A stretch of DNA of 64,000 nucleotides. Source: Chrysomallon squamiferum. Taxonomy: Eukaryota; Animalia; Mollusca. The stretch is taken from assembly GCA_012295275.1 (NCBI GenBank), contig CM022665.1:21018001-21082000 (forward strand). The letters are read 5' to 3'. The position numbers and the translations under genes were made by a program. Numbering within the stretch: position 1 is the stretch's first letter; each line of letters starts with the position of its first letter. Positions 27,055-39,821 of this stretch are shown in pieces. The notes below the pieces were generated by a model. That model worked only from the letters and a program-made list of their open reading frames with translations, was not told the DNA's origin and made no database searches.

Positions 27055-30000
27055 TTACTCATTGTGCAGTAGTTTCAGAATAGTGATCGTTCCGTCCTGT
27101 GACCCCACTGCTAGAAGCTTTGTCTGTGGTAGAAATGTCAGAGCTATTGGTGTGTTCAGATCCTCGATATAACCTTTAACACGTCCACTCGACGTCATCA
27201 CGGCAACGCGGTTGTTACCGACGTCGGTGATATATATCGTTCCGCGATCATCAATGGTGATGTCGTGTGGCCACCAATACGTGTCGTGACGAGGGTACTG
27301 CAGAAAGTGAACTCTGCCGTCGAGGTAGACGCCGCCAATTATGCCGTCCTTGGTGTCGCAGTACACGAGAATCTGGCGGAGGTCGTCCCAGGCAATCCAG
27401 TGAGGACGAGAAAAAATCCTTATCCTTGCTGTGTTAGGAACATGATTCTGAAACGACCAGTTGCCGTATCTTTCTTCTGCAAGAACTGTGCGATCAGTGT
27501 TATTGTCAGCGCGTTCACTGGTTTCAGTTGTGTTTTCAACGGCGATTGTCTTTGTTAAGTATTCTTTTGGAATCTGATCAAACACCGCAGCACGTTTTAT
27601 TCTCGGTGTTATAACTTTCCGTTTTGTAATTGGAACATCCTGATGTATTTCTGGGATATCCAATTTAGTTTTTGGAACATTTTGGCTTGTTTTTAGGATA
27701 TCCTGCTTTATTACTGGAAAATCCAGTTTTGCATTAGGGATACCACGCTGCATTATTGGGATATCCCGTTTTGTTTCAGGGTGATCCTGTTTTATTATTG
27801 GAACATTCCGTTTTGTAATTGAAACCTCCCGTTCTGCCGCAACTTTTGTTTTATGTTTTTTCTTTCCTTTCCTTGTCTTTCTTCTTTTCGTTTTAGCGTC
27901 ATCGCTTTTAGAATATTTTTTCGTGTTTTTCTTTTTTGTAGACTGTCTAGAGCTCTTTTTATATTTTCTTTGCTCTTTTGTTAGTCGTTTTCGTTCTTTT
28001 CTTTCTTTCCGTTTACGTTTTTTTGTCTCAACTCGGGACCTTTCGTCGTCAGCTTTATCTGAAGATTTGGTGGACGATGTCTGTCGTGTGGATGTCACAT
28101 CTGTGGTTGATGTAGATATGGATGTTAACGCTGCAGTCACTGTTAGAGAAGATGCAGTTTTGGTTTCGTCAGTTGTGAGTGGTAATTCTGAATACGTCGT
28201 TTTGGGTGAACTGAAATGTGGTGTAGTAGTAACTGTTGAAGGCGAGGTTTCACGTATGGTGGTAGGTGTTGACGTCTGAACTGACGTTGAGAGATTACTA
28301 ATATCAGAAGATGTAGATGGTTTAGCTGATGTAGCCGACGTTGTGACAGCTGGTGTGTTGGGAGTTTCAGTCAAAGTGTATGTTTTTCCTGCAGCTGAGG
28401 GAATTAAAGTAACCTTAATCTTCGAAGATGAAGATGTCGTTGATGTAGTTGCTAGTAGGTTTATCTGTGATGTTGTTTGTACTGTCGTGGATGATGTAGG
28501 TGGTGTTGTGCTTGATATAGTGGTTGGTATTCTTGTGGATGACGTCGTAGTCAGTAATGTTGTGGATGACATAGTAGTCGGTAATGTGGATGATGTAGCA
28601 GTCGATAATGTTGCAGATGATGTAGTAGTCGGTAATACTGTGGATAATGCAGTAGTCGGTAATGTTGTAGATGATGTAGTAGTCGGTAATGTTGTAGATG
28701 ATGCAGTAGAAGGTAAGATGGACGATGCAGAAGTGGATGGTGTGATTGTGTCTGGCGCTTCAGAGGTTGTAGTCGTCGACGTTGTTGTACTGGTGGTTTC
28801 TGGACTAAAATGTTTCGTAGATGTACTTTTAACAGCAGTGCTTTTACTATGCGTGGATGACTGTTTTGTAAATACAGAGATTGTAATTTTTGGAAATAAG
28901 GTATTTGGACTTGTGAGTTTTGGTTCTTCGCGTGTAGTATGTTTGGTGTTAGGTAGTGTAGGTGTTTTTGTAACAGATACAGAAACAATTTTTATACCTT
29001 CCCTTTTAGATGGACCTGATGTCGTTGTAGTAGTTGATTCAGTCACACTTGTAGGTTTTGTTGACATAGATGACGCTGTTGAAGAAACTCTAGAGGAATG
29101 CTGGGCAGTGGATTCATTGTGAGATGCTTGACTAGTAACACCAGCTGATTCTGTAGTAGTCAGTTTTGATGGTGTTGCTTTTAATGTGGTAGTTTGGATT
29201 TGTTCTTTATCTGTGATTACGGTGGGTTTCTGAGTAGTCCTTATTTGTGTAATTTCTTGAGCAGTTGTTCTTTGAATTGATTCTTGAGCAACTGCTCTTT
29301 GAGCTGATTCTTGAATAGTCGTTGATTGAGTTAATTCTTCAGAATTTATTGTCTGAGTTGATTTTTCAGAAGTTATTTCAGCTGGCTTTAGATGAGTCAT
29401 CTTTTTTTTGGATTTATTAACAGTTATTGACTGAAACTGGTCTTGGATATATTCTGAGAATGTCGCATTCCGGGTAGGGATTAATTTTGGTGTAATAGTT
29501 CCGTTGACTAATGTTGTGGTAGTTGCAGCTGAACTAGAAGCTGTGTTTGAAGATGGCAATTTGGTGGTAGCAGATGTTATTGTTTTAGAATCAGTAGTCA
29601 TAGTCGGTTTTGATGTAGTTGTAGTAAGCGCTAATTTTGGAATGGTTGTCATAGCTGATGGTTTTGAAATGGTAGTTGTTTGAGTTAATTTTTTAGAAGT
29701 TCTAGATGATGGTTTTGATATAATTGTATGGGTGGCTTGTGTGGTATCTGTTGTATATGAAATTTTTGATACAGTGGTACCGGACTCAAACACGTTTGTA
29801 CTTGAAACAGACGAAATGTTCCACGCTTCTTCTGCCAAAAATCCTTTTTTCTTTTTCTTTCGTCTTTTTCGCTTCTCTGTTTGTTTCCAGTTCTTTTTAC
29901 GTTTTCGTTCTTCATTTTTAGGTCGCTTTGGATGTCTACCTTTACGAATTTCTGTTGCTGTTATAGTCCTGGCAGACGTTGTACTTGTGCTTTTATTTGC

Positions 30001-30737
30001 TATCGTTGTAGCCGAAACTGTAGTTGTATATGTTGATTCAGTAGTCGTAACTGTTGGTGTAGTTGTTACTGTAACAGAAGATGCAGATGTGATCAATGTC
30101 TCAGTTGTCTGATCTGAAAGGTGATCTCCAGATTTCTGAGTGGAGTCTTCTGATATCTCCTCGGCCTCAGTCACGTTGGTTTGGTCTGGGAACTCTCTCT
30201 GGTGAATACTTGGCGTACTCACTCTTCTCATCGGGACTATGCTTAAATCTACCTCGGCTTGAGAATCTACAGCATACAGATACTGCCACTCTCTGGAGTA
30301 GACCCGTATTGCAGATGGGAACTCACATCCTAGTAGAAATAAGTTTCTAGTAACTACGATGTCCCAGCCACAATTGTAGTCAAGCAAAACTTGTTTGTTG
30401 ATGTTTGGCTTCGGGTAAAGATCGAGAAGGATGATTTTCTTTGCAACAGGGAAACCAACAACGATTTGTGTTACACTAACTGCTGCTAAACCTTCCACTT
30501 TTCCATCTTTAACTGGAAAAGTAAAGTTTCCTACCATGTAACCTTCGATGTCGTAGATCATAATGGCGTTGGCTACGTCATCAACAGCTACAAACTGATC
30601 AGGTGATAAGCCAGCAAAATCCATGAAATATTTTTTGCACGTACTGGAGTCTTCGAATGGAAGACATCCCTCGAAAGATCGAATGGGAGTAGCAAACGTG
30701 TTCTGACTGATATTCTTTGACTTTATTTTCACCAGTT
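27055..30737 (-). CDS. Secreted coiled-coil / split NHL-like beta-propeller / mucin-like protein, exon 3 (3683 nt)
   Basis: Acceptor ctaat...tatttcag|AA CTG GTG; uninterrupted frame to TAA at 27055. NHL-like blades at both ends (e.g. WWPHDITIDDRGTIYITDVGNNRVAV) flank a Thr/Ser-rich tract. Confidence 0.88.
28480..28730 (-). repeat. 27-nt coding tandem repeat (about TTLPTTxSS) inside the mucin-like region
   Basis: Recurring gtagtagtcggtaatgttgtagatgat on the + strand; about 7 copies of the 9-aa unit. Confidence 0.85.
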
Positions 30738-31017
30738 CTGAAATAGTAGTATTAGTCACAACAACAACAACAACAACAACAACACTAATAATAACACTAA
30801 CAATAACAGCAGCAGTAGTAGTAGTAGTAGTAGTAGTACTAGTAGTTGAAGTAGTAGTAATAGTAGTAGTAGTAATATTAGTTGTAGTAGTAGTAGTCGC
30901 AGCAGTAGTAGTAATAATAATGATAATAATAATAATAACAGTAACATTAACAACAACAACAACAGTAATAATCATAATCATAATAAAATAATAACAATCC
31001 CAACAACAACAACGATG

Positions 31018-31049
<32 letters not shown>

Positions 31050-31069
31050 GGACACGTAGACACACTTAC

Positions 31070-31132
31070 TTAGAGGAACTGGTGTTTCAAAGGTAAAATC
31101 TTCAGTCACTGGCGATTCGGCAATTATTAAAT
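31070..31132 (-). CDS. Same protein, exon 2 (DLIIAESPVTEDFTFETPVPL)
   Basis: aatttcag|AT ... CTA A|gtaagt; 63 nt, phase 1 to 1, joins exons 1 and 3 in frame. Confidence 0.8.
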
Positions 31133-31375
31133 CTGAAATTCATTTTAATGTTGATGTTTTGTGTTCAGTATATATAAGAAATAATAAACAAACCACATGC
31201 ATACAAACACACATACACACACAAATATGATATAATGTTTATACGTATTAATTCACATTCAGGTGGGTTGTTTGTTGTTGTTTTGTGGGGGGGGGGGGTG
31301 TTTTTTTAAAGTTATTTAATGTAAACACTATAAGGCCTAGAGTCTTAAATTGTTTATACACAGCAAATAACTTAC

Positions 31376-31931
31376 CTGCACTGCCGTCCAATCCCCAGAC
31401 GGCTACCTTCGCTTTCAGTTTATTTACAGCCTCTCCTTTTATTTTCTTCTGCATCCGTTTCAACTTCCGGTTAAGGATCTGTCTGCGAAACTTCTCTTCC
31501 CATATTTCCGTTTCGATAGCGTCGAAAGCGCTGTGTAGACTTCGTATAACTTTTAACGCCTCTTTGTAATCGTTGACCTCTGACCCTGATAAATATTCGT
31601 AATTTTCCGAGTCTTGATCTTGTTCTTGAGTTTCAAATATCGGGATGCTTTCAAGAGTATTCATCAAAGTTGAAAACTCGTCTTCCAGCGTCCGCATTCT
31701 CGTTTTCAGGTTCTCGAAATACTTGTCAGTGTCGCACGCAATTCCTATTCGCTTCTCCATTTTGTCCCTTTCCCGCCTCTGAGCTTTGAAACTCTCACGA
31801 ATATTTCGAAGATCCCACCAAACCTTTTCTCTGACATGGCGGACAAGTTCTTCTAGAGTGTTCACTTCTGCCTTGACTTGATACAAAATAAAAGCAACAA
31901 ACAATATCAGCCGAATTATTCCAAACTTCAT
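31376..31931 (-). CDS. Same protein, exon 1 (signal peptide plus coiled coil)
   Basis: MKFGIIRLILFVAFILYQVKA|EV reads as a signal peptide, followed by an E/K/R/L-rich helical region. Donor GCAG|gtaagt at 31375. An upstream in-frame ATG at 31988 is also possible. Confidence 0.85.
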
Positions 31932-32374
31932 GGCGTGTGTAACATATATTAAATATTGGTCGCGTGTCGGTAACAGGAGAGAAAACATGATACGTGGTTC
32001 GTGGCATCAGTTTGCTTCATTCCAAAACCAACCTGTATCAAATTGCTTTACACGATAACATGTACACTGTAACATACAAACCATTAATATTAAAGCTTGG
32101 TTTGTTCAGTGTCAGAGCTAGGGGTATTAATTCATTCTCTCTCACGGGTTATTTGATTCCAGTTAGTAATTAAATAAATATATACATTGACACTGTTAAA
32201 ATTTCTGACAGTTTGATGGTCAAATATGTCAGTTTTATTTTTACAACGAATTATTTTTACAACGTGTTAAGTTGTTTGACAACTGCCGAAAATTTTGCTT
32301 AAAATGTGTATGTATATGTATATATACTTACCTATGGACGTATGTATATATGTATACATGTATGTATGTAGTTT

Positions 32375-32570
32375 TAGCATTTTGGATATTATCTGTCTTG
32401 TGTACGTCTGATTAGACTCTGTACATAGACAATATTCGGGAACGTACTGGCGCAAGAGGACAAAGTCAAGTCACACATACCCGCCAGGTGCCGCTGACGA
32501 GACTCGAACGTATGGCACCCATTCGCCCGCACTCCGAAGTCGGACGATGTTACCGTACGGCTACCGAGAC
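32375..32570 (-). mobile_element. tRNA-derived SINE-like element with a tRNA-Arg(TCG)-like head
   Basis: Minus strand GTCTCGGTAGCCGTACGGTAACATCGTCCGACTTCGGA...CGTTCGAGTCTC shows an A box, an Arg-TCG-like anticodon segment and a B box, but no intact cloverleaf. Embedded in (CATA)n tracts. Confidence 0.65.
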
Positions 32571-32576
32571 AACCTT

Positions 32577-32684
32577 GTATGTATGTATGTATGTATGTAT
32601 GTATGTATGTATGTATGTATGTATGTATGTATGTATGTATGTATGTATGTATGTATGTATATGTATGTATGTATGTACGTATGT
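32577..32684. repeat. (TATG)n microsatellite
   Basis: More than 20 gtat units. Confidence 0.97.
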
Positions 32685-33125
32685 GTGTGCATGTGTGAAT
32701 GTGTCTATGTATCTATATATGTACGTGTGTGTATCTATCTATCTATCCATCAGTCCATATAATCTGACTGAATGTCTGTCTATTTATTTATTTCCCTAAA
32801 TTAGAATTAACTGCAACATAATTAATCCAACTGCTTCAAATAAATGAATATATAAATAATAAAACAAACACGCACACACATATACGTATATGGTATTGAG
32901 AACAAATAAAGAATGCCTACATAATTATTTTATATAATTCCGTTGAAATTATTATGTTGATATATGGCAAACAACCTTTGTTAATAATAAAATATAGCGC
33001 TAATAAATCGAGAAAACTATATACACCCTTTCTTATTTGTGTTGCCTTTACATCTGTAAGGCATATGTAAAAATTACTATCATTACTGTTATTGCTGTTG
33101 CTTTTGTTCTTTTTCTTCTTCTTTA

Positions 33126-33165
<40 letters not shown>

Positions 33166-33295
33166 TAAAAGTATAATCAAACATTTCAAAAAACCAAAAA
33201 CAATGCTTGTTATTTAAAAATAATAATAATAAATATAAAAAAACCAAAAACATTAAAGATATTAATAAAACGGTTAGTGATGCGAGGCATTTAGT

Positions 33296-33435
33296 TGTTT
33301 TGGTTAACTAGGGAACGTAACTCTTCATCGAATAGCTTTACTCCGGTAACAACTTGATAAATGCCATGTTGCTAAACATGCAGTTTTTTGTTTGTGAAAT
33401 GTATATAATAAATACAATATTTATTATTTTGTTCT
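33296..33435 (+). repeat. Dispersed repeat, copy B (related to 18560..18705)
   Basis: See copy A. Confidence 0.65.
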
Positions 33436-33985
33436 TTCGTAATTATTTTTATTTCGGTGTTTTGTTTCTTTTAAAGATAATAAATACTGATGTAGTCACT
33501 TTGGACCCTTATTTCGTTTAATTAATTATCTTTTTGTTTTATTTATTAATTAATATTTTATTATTATTATTATATATATATTTTTTAAATTTTGTAATCG
33601 ATTGTATATACACAACTTTTGGTGTTGAGAAATACTAGGTGAATCAGTTTACCACTAACCAACAACTCGATTTATACTTTCATTAGAAAGTAATATCAAC
33701 TTCATTTTATTGATTATATTGTTGAATATTCACGCTTTATGCATTTCTCAAATATAACTTTACTGTTGTTGTTACTATTAATTAATTAATTTATCGACTT
33801 TCTAACTTGTTGTAATTTTCTTTCTATTTTTTTTTTTTTTTTTTTTTTTTTTGTTTGTATGTTTGTGGGGAGTTCTGTGGGTTTTTTTTGTACTTTTGAG
33901 AATGAAAGAAGAAAAAATTTCTCTTTCGTCTTTTATTTACAAAACTTACGTATTTTACTACTACTGCTACTACTACTACTACTAC

Positions 33986-34016
<31 letters not shown>

Positions 34017-34899
34017 CAAAAAAAACAACAACAGACCAATAAATAATTAGCTTAATCCAAGTGTAATTATTATACAAACATTCTTATCGTAAGTACATAA
34101 TCAAGGCGACCTCATTTGTCTGTATTTCGTCAAAGGATTCTAATGCTACTAAAATCCCATGACACACCGCCTACCTCTCTCTTACTATTAATTTGTCGCG
34201 GATAGTCATAATTATTCATAGCATATTTCAAATAATTTATTACTTCATCACGACTACAAGTATGCCTTTACTAATAACACCGGGAAATAAATATATTCAG
34301 TAACAACACAACAAAAAACAAAAAAATAATAATAATAATCATCATCATCGTCATACTAACAAAACAACATATATTCTTTCAGTTCGCAATATGCATGTTA
34401 CTTTCAACAGCCATTTAAAACATTTACATAATTACAGGGAAGTTCATAATAATACTTAATCTAGTATACACTCAGTTACACAGAGCCAATTTCGAGGATA
34501 AGTAAAGTAACGTATTCTCGCGGATCAAACGTACACACGCAATGGGTTCGTATACAAAGTAGGTTGATATAAAGATATACAACAGAATAAGTTTTAAATC
34601 TCTATTCTTCGTGTTATTAAATAAATCGTATTTTCACGGTATCTAATTGTGTTTTTTAACCGTCCTTGGATAATAATATAAAGATAATGTTATTATAATA
34701 GTAATAATAATAAAATAATAAGATTCATGATAATAAACTAAAAATAAAATATAGGTACGGATATTAATTAATTCATAAACTTATTTATTTATTTAATATT
34801 TATTGAGATTAATACGATTGGCTTCTTTAATTTTTCGCCCAAATTGTTACATTCCCCTATATGTTACTTATTAAAGCATTTGCCCTCCTCCGCACACAG

Positions 34900-35460
34900 G
34901 TATTGCAAAGATGTTAATCCGCTCAACTAATTATTGTCGACAATACGGTAGACTGGGGAAAAAAAAAAAAAAACCCTCCCTTATACGCATGCGCAGTACC
35001 TTTAAGAGTTTCAAGCTGTTTAGATCAATCGAATGAGGGTCAAATCTGGAGACTGAAGTCTTTTGTGGATTTTACTATACTTTGAAACTTTTTATAACGC
35101 AAGAAAAGTGTACAGATGTGATCGTTTTTACAGTTCTCAAGGATATTTGTAGCACAGGGATTTTTTAGCCGCAAATATGTCCGTGGGACAGACGAACGAG
35201 GACAGACAGCGGCTTATTCAACTTATCAAACAGTGGAATGTGGACCATTATGATATTTTCGAATTAAGTCAGCCAAATGAGGTGAGTTTATATAAATTTT
35301 ATCATTTTTATTAATTAATTAAGTCTGGCATTAATCTTTTTTCCTGCATTTCCGCTCCGATGTGGCAGTCGCTACGCCTTGATGAGATCACCTGAACGCA
35401 CCTTGCAGGTGACACACTTTTAGGCGTCAACAACAATCCAATATGGCGACCTTGAAATCG
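34900..35460 (+). promoter_or_regulatory. Afadin CpG-rich promoter/first-exon region with NRF-1-like and YY1-like motifs
   Basis: ACGCATGCGCA at 34985-34995 (NRF-1 consensus TGCGCATGCGCA); CAATATGGCGAC at 35439-35450 (YY1 core ATGGCG). CpGs vanish downstream of ~35.5 kb. Confidence 0.5.
35177..35281 (+). CDS. AFDN: Afadin (AF-6/canoe) exon 1
   Basis: MSVGQTNEDRQRLIQLIKQWNVDHYDIFELSQPNE resembles human MSAGGRDEERRKLADIIHHWNANRLDLFEISQPTE. Donor GAG|gtgagt, phase 0. Confidence 0.92.
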
Positions 35461-38400
35461 TATACATACACAAAAGTCTGAAATTCAAACTTAATGTCTA
35501 ATGACCATCTTCAGATCTGTTTATTCAAAAGCAATTAAACATGACATGTAAAATATACCTTGAGCATGCTAAAAATAGAATTTTGGTGTATGCAAAAAGT
35601 CTCTTTTTATTTATTTTGACTGTTTTTTGTTTTTTGGGTGTATTTTGCTATTAATAAACTATAATTTGTCTCAAAAGAAGCCTAAAGTTTGATGAACAGA
35701 AATTAGCTGAACAATCGTATATTCCTGTGCATACTTTGAACTGAAATCTCACTATGAAAAAAGTTTAAATTTTGTCTACTTTTTATTATGACATAATTTT
35801 ATATTTGAGTATGTCAATAATAATTGTGACTAATAACAAAGGAATATATACACTAAAGATAATTTACAGTAAAATGAAAGAAAATAACAATGACAACAAC
35901 AAATAAAAATAAGAAGAAAGGAAATAATAACAAAAAACTTGTACATTTGTGTATGATTATGTCACTGAAAAGATTTTCTGTTCCTGAGGAATTTTATTCC
36001 ATTAAGTTTATAAGTGGATTAAGAGATAATCTGCATAAAAATGTATCTAAAACATTTTTGCATGTTATAATAATAAGTTATATTTACGGAAAAATATTAG
36101 CTGAATGGTTAGTGTCCATATCAGAACCTCATTAGAAAGTTACACTCATTACTTATATTCCATTCCAAACACTGTTCTTAACTAGTTAGCACAAGTCATT
36201 GTCTGTATTTTCCTGTCTGGCAGAAAGAACATATATAAATAACCCTTTATTTAGTGTATTTAAGTAACTCTGGATTATTTAGATATTTTGTTATGTGTTT
36301 GTGTATATAGTTTTCAGATTTATTTATTATTATTTTTTTAATACATTCTGATCAAATAGTTAATCTGACTCAGATTACTGGTGACAATTTTAGAAAACAA
36401 ACATAAAAGCTGAACATCAAAAATGTTCAAGTTCATCAGGATATTAAATTAGCTTTGATAAAATATAATCAATAATCATAAATGACTCATAATATTTGTA
36501 TTTAGTATTAAATCTGACAAAAACTCAACATAATGGGACTTGTTTTAAGGAAAAAATCCTAAAAGTCACAGAATTTTTTTTTTTTTTATATAAAATATGA
36601 CAGTATTAATTAACCGAATCACTGACTCTTTTATGTACTGGCATTGACTTGAAATATAGATTCTTAATATTAAAGTTTAAAACATCTGTAGTAATGTCAG
36701 AAGAAGTCAACCCTACAAAAGAAATTAACTCTACAAATGTCTAAAACCCATGATAGTTAGAATCAAGGTTCAAGGACATTTTAATTCCCAGAAGTCTGCC
36801 TTCTGAGATTCATGTTAATTTGTCTGCCACCTGTATGTTGCACTAAATAACGGAGCATGACACCTGACATGGTTAATTGACCATCCAATCAAACGTTATC
36901 TACTTTAAACATTAAACTGATACCACACACACTGGGAGACGGCCATCTTTGAATTAATTGTCACTGGACCTTATCTCAAACACTGACACTACCCTTTGAG
37001 CAGACATTGTTTTGTTAACTACAGCAACTTCTATCATGAGAGGCAGAATCTTGGCTCTTAATTATCACAAGAAACTTAGTTTATTCATGTTTCTTCATTG
37101 AATCTTGAATACTTTATTCATGTTTGTTGTTTGAATCGTGAATACTATGCTCATGTTTGTTGCTTGAATCTCGAATACTGCATCCACTTTTATCCTGTTG
37201 TCTTATGGCCAATTGTTTTTGATTCATCATATTCTTCCTATGTCATGTTTCAACAAACACTTCCTTTTATTTTCATTCTGTCATTGCATCTCCTTCCATA
37301 TTTCTGCTTATCTCTCTCTCTGCCACACTTTTTGTTTCTCACTCATTCTCTTTCTATTGTTTTCACTTTCTATCTGTGTAAGCATGCATGTGTGTTTAAA
37401 ATGTGTTTATTTTATCACAAAAACATTTTTAAAAACCTTCTGTGAAAAAAGAAGTTCACTTTCTTCTTTACCTTTTACAATATTATCATGTTTATGCTGC
37501 TTCAAATATTTCCCTACAGCTTGTTTGATGTTTCCAGACTCAACCACTGAATACAGTGAAATTCATAATAATTCTTAAGCAAAAATATGTATAAAAATGG
37601 TAATTTTTTGCCGTTTCAGGTCATTTACCATCATCATTGAATACTGTTAGAATATAGTTCATTTACAAGTCATTTGTTTTAAGTTGCTTTACTGGTTGGA
37701 CATGTTTCCTACTGGATCAATTTTCTTTGATAAATACACATACAAAACATTGAAGAGTGGCATTATTTCTTACTACTTCTTTTGGTTGTTTTCTTCAGCA
37801 AAACAAGCATGTTTAAATTCCATTAAAATGCATTATGTTAGTCATTATGTTACATATTTATTTCAGAGAATGTGTGCAATGTAGATATTTACAGAATCAG
37901 TTGTTTGACTGATAGGTGTATGTGCAGTAGTAAACACAGTGTGTGTCACTCATGTATTAATTCTGTATTTCACAGTGACATATCGGTTATTATCTGATTC
38001 GCACTTGTCTTCCACAGTTTACCATTTGTTCTTTATCTATTGCATGCCTGGAATTTTCCATAATTGGCATAAGGCCATTATAAAAAAAAGAAAGTTGCAC
38101 CATTTCAACCCTGCAGCTACAGAGATAAAAGCTTCATCATCATTTTTGTTTGTTTCTTTTCAAAGAAAAAAGTCTAGGATTTCAACTTGTTGGAAATTAA
38201 CGCTGCCTCACTGTAATGTTGGAAATTAATGTTGGCTGACAGTAAAATAATTTATTCTGAGAGTACAGTATTAAATATGACTTTAAAACCATCCCAGAAA
38301 GAAACAAAAAAAACCCAAAACAACAAGAACAAAACATTAAAACCTGTTTTATAACTTAACATTTATATACTAATGTCTATGTGTCAAGTTTCTTCTTTAA

Positions 38401-39569
38401 ACATGATTGATATTTGATGTCTGATAGGTCATTAACCTTAAAGAAAAATTAAAAATGTATTGCTTTTACTTAACAAAACAACAAAAAAGAAAAAGAACAA
38501 ATCCTTTCCACTAGACCTTCCCAAAAAACCAGTAAACAAAACAACAAATATAAAAAATAAATAAATAAGAAACAACCCCAGAAGAAATAAAAATAAAATA
38601 AAAGGAATCTAATATTTAATTGCTGATAGATCTGTCAATTTCAAAAACCAGAGTAATATGATATTGTGAAAATTGATACTTAAGAAGAGTTTAAAAATAG
38701 ATCTGAAAAAATAAGAAAATGTTAAATATATTTGAAAAAGGTTGCAAAGTTCAAGGGATGTTACAATTACAAAGCATTTGCTTTATGCACCCTTCATGTT
38801 AAAAAATCCCCAAATGCATATGTTAATTTCATTACTGGTTTGTATGCTCGATTTAGTGACATGAAAGTAAAAAGCAAATGGAGACTCAGTTTGATCACCT
38901 AAACTTGGCAAGAAAAAGACACATGAACATCCTGAAGTTTTGAAAAATGAATGTTATCAACAAATAGATTTATTCATAAAAACTTGTATTATTTATAGAT
39001 GCACTGTTGCTGATGCTGAACATTTCTATCATGTGTTTTGAAAAAAATAAACATTTTCTACATGGCCAACAAAGAAATTTATTACTCATAAGAAACTTGG
39101 ATTAATATGAGATGGACTTGTTGTAGGTGCTGAACCTTTCTATTTGTCAGCCTAATCAGAACATTTGATGTGACAGTATTATTCAATCTTTTTTCAATTT
39201 GCTTAAATTTTCAAAAGTTAATTTTATGTTTTGTTTCCTAGTTGTCATGCTTTTATGAAAATATACCTTTAACAGGTGAGTCTCCAAATATGTAACTAGT
39301 ACAGCTAATAGATTTAATTTGTATATCTTAAAATTAATAGTTAACATCATAAGCATATTTTTCCCTCGTGTTAAACAGGATCAGTTTAGTCTAACTCTCA
39401 CCTGTAGTATATTTCAGTAATGTGAGATGGGCTTTTCTTCTTTCTAAGCTACAAATTTTATCAGATTACACACCTACAGCTTGAAGCTTCATGGATGAAT
39501 AGATAGTTGCATTACATGTATCATATATGAATATAAAAATGACATATTAAAGTTATTGAGAGTGAGGCA

Positions 39570-39767
39570 GAGATAAGAAGTGATATTTACACATATGTGT
39601 TAAATAATGTTTTTGCATAGTTGGACAATAATACTAACAGAGGCTAATGATGATAATTATTACTGGTTTAACCATCTTAAAATATTTTGGCTATTGGCTA
39701 CATTCTATATGTAAATCAGTAAATCTTTCTTTTCTTATTTTTTTTTCTTTTTTTAATTATTTCAGAT

Positions 39768-39821
<54 letters not shown>

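Noticed and set aside
27923-30112. Plus-strand Val/Asp-rich ORFs (27923..28279, 28343..29122, 29732..30112)
   Set aside because: Antisense shadows of Thr/Ser codons of the mucin exon; no independent evidence.
30738-31065. N-terminal ~110 aa of the 1336-aa ORF (poly-Y/I/T/V)
   Set aside because: It is triplet-microsatellite intron 2 that happens to be open. A good acceptor at 30738 and a phase-compatible upstream exon explain the real structure.
32488-32570. Functional tRNA-Arg gene
   Set aside because: Acceptor and anticodon stems do not pair properly and extra sequence separates the boxes; treated as a SINE head.
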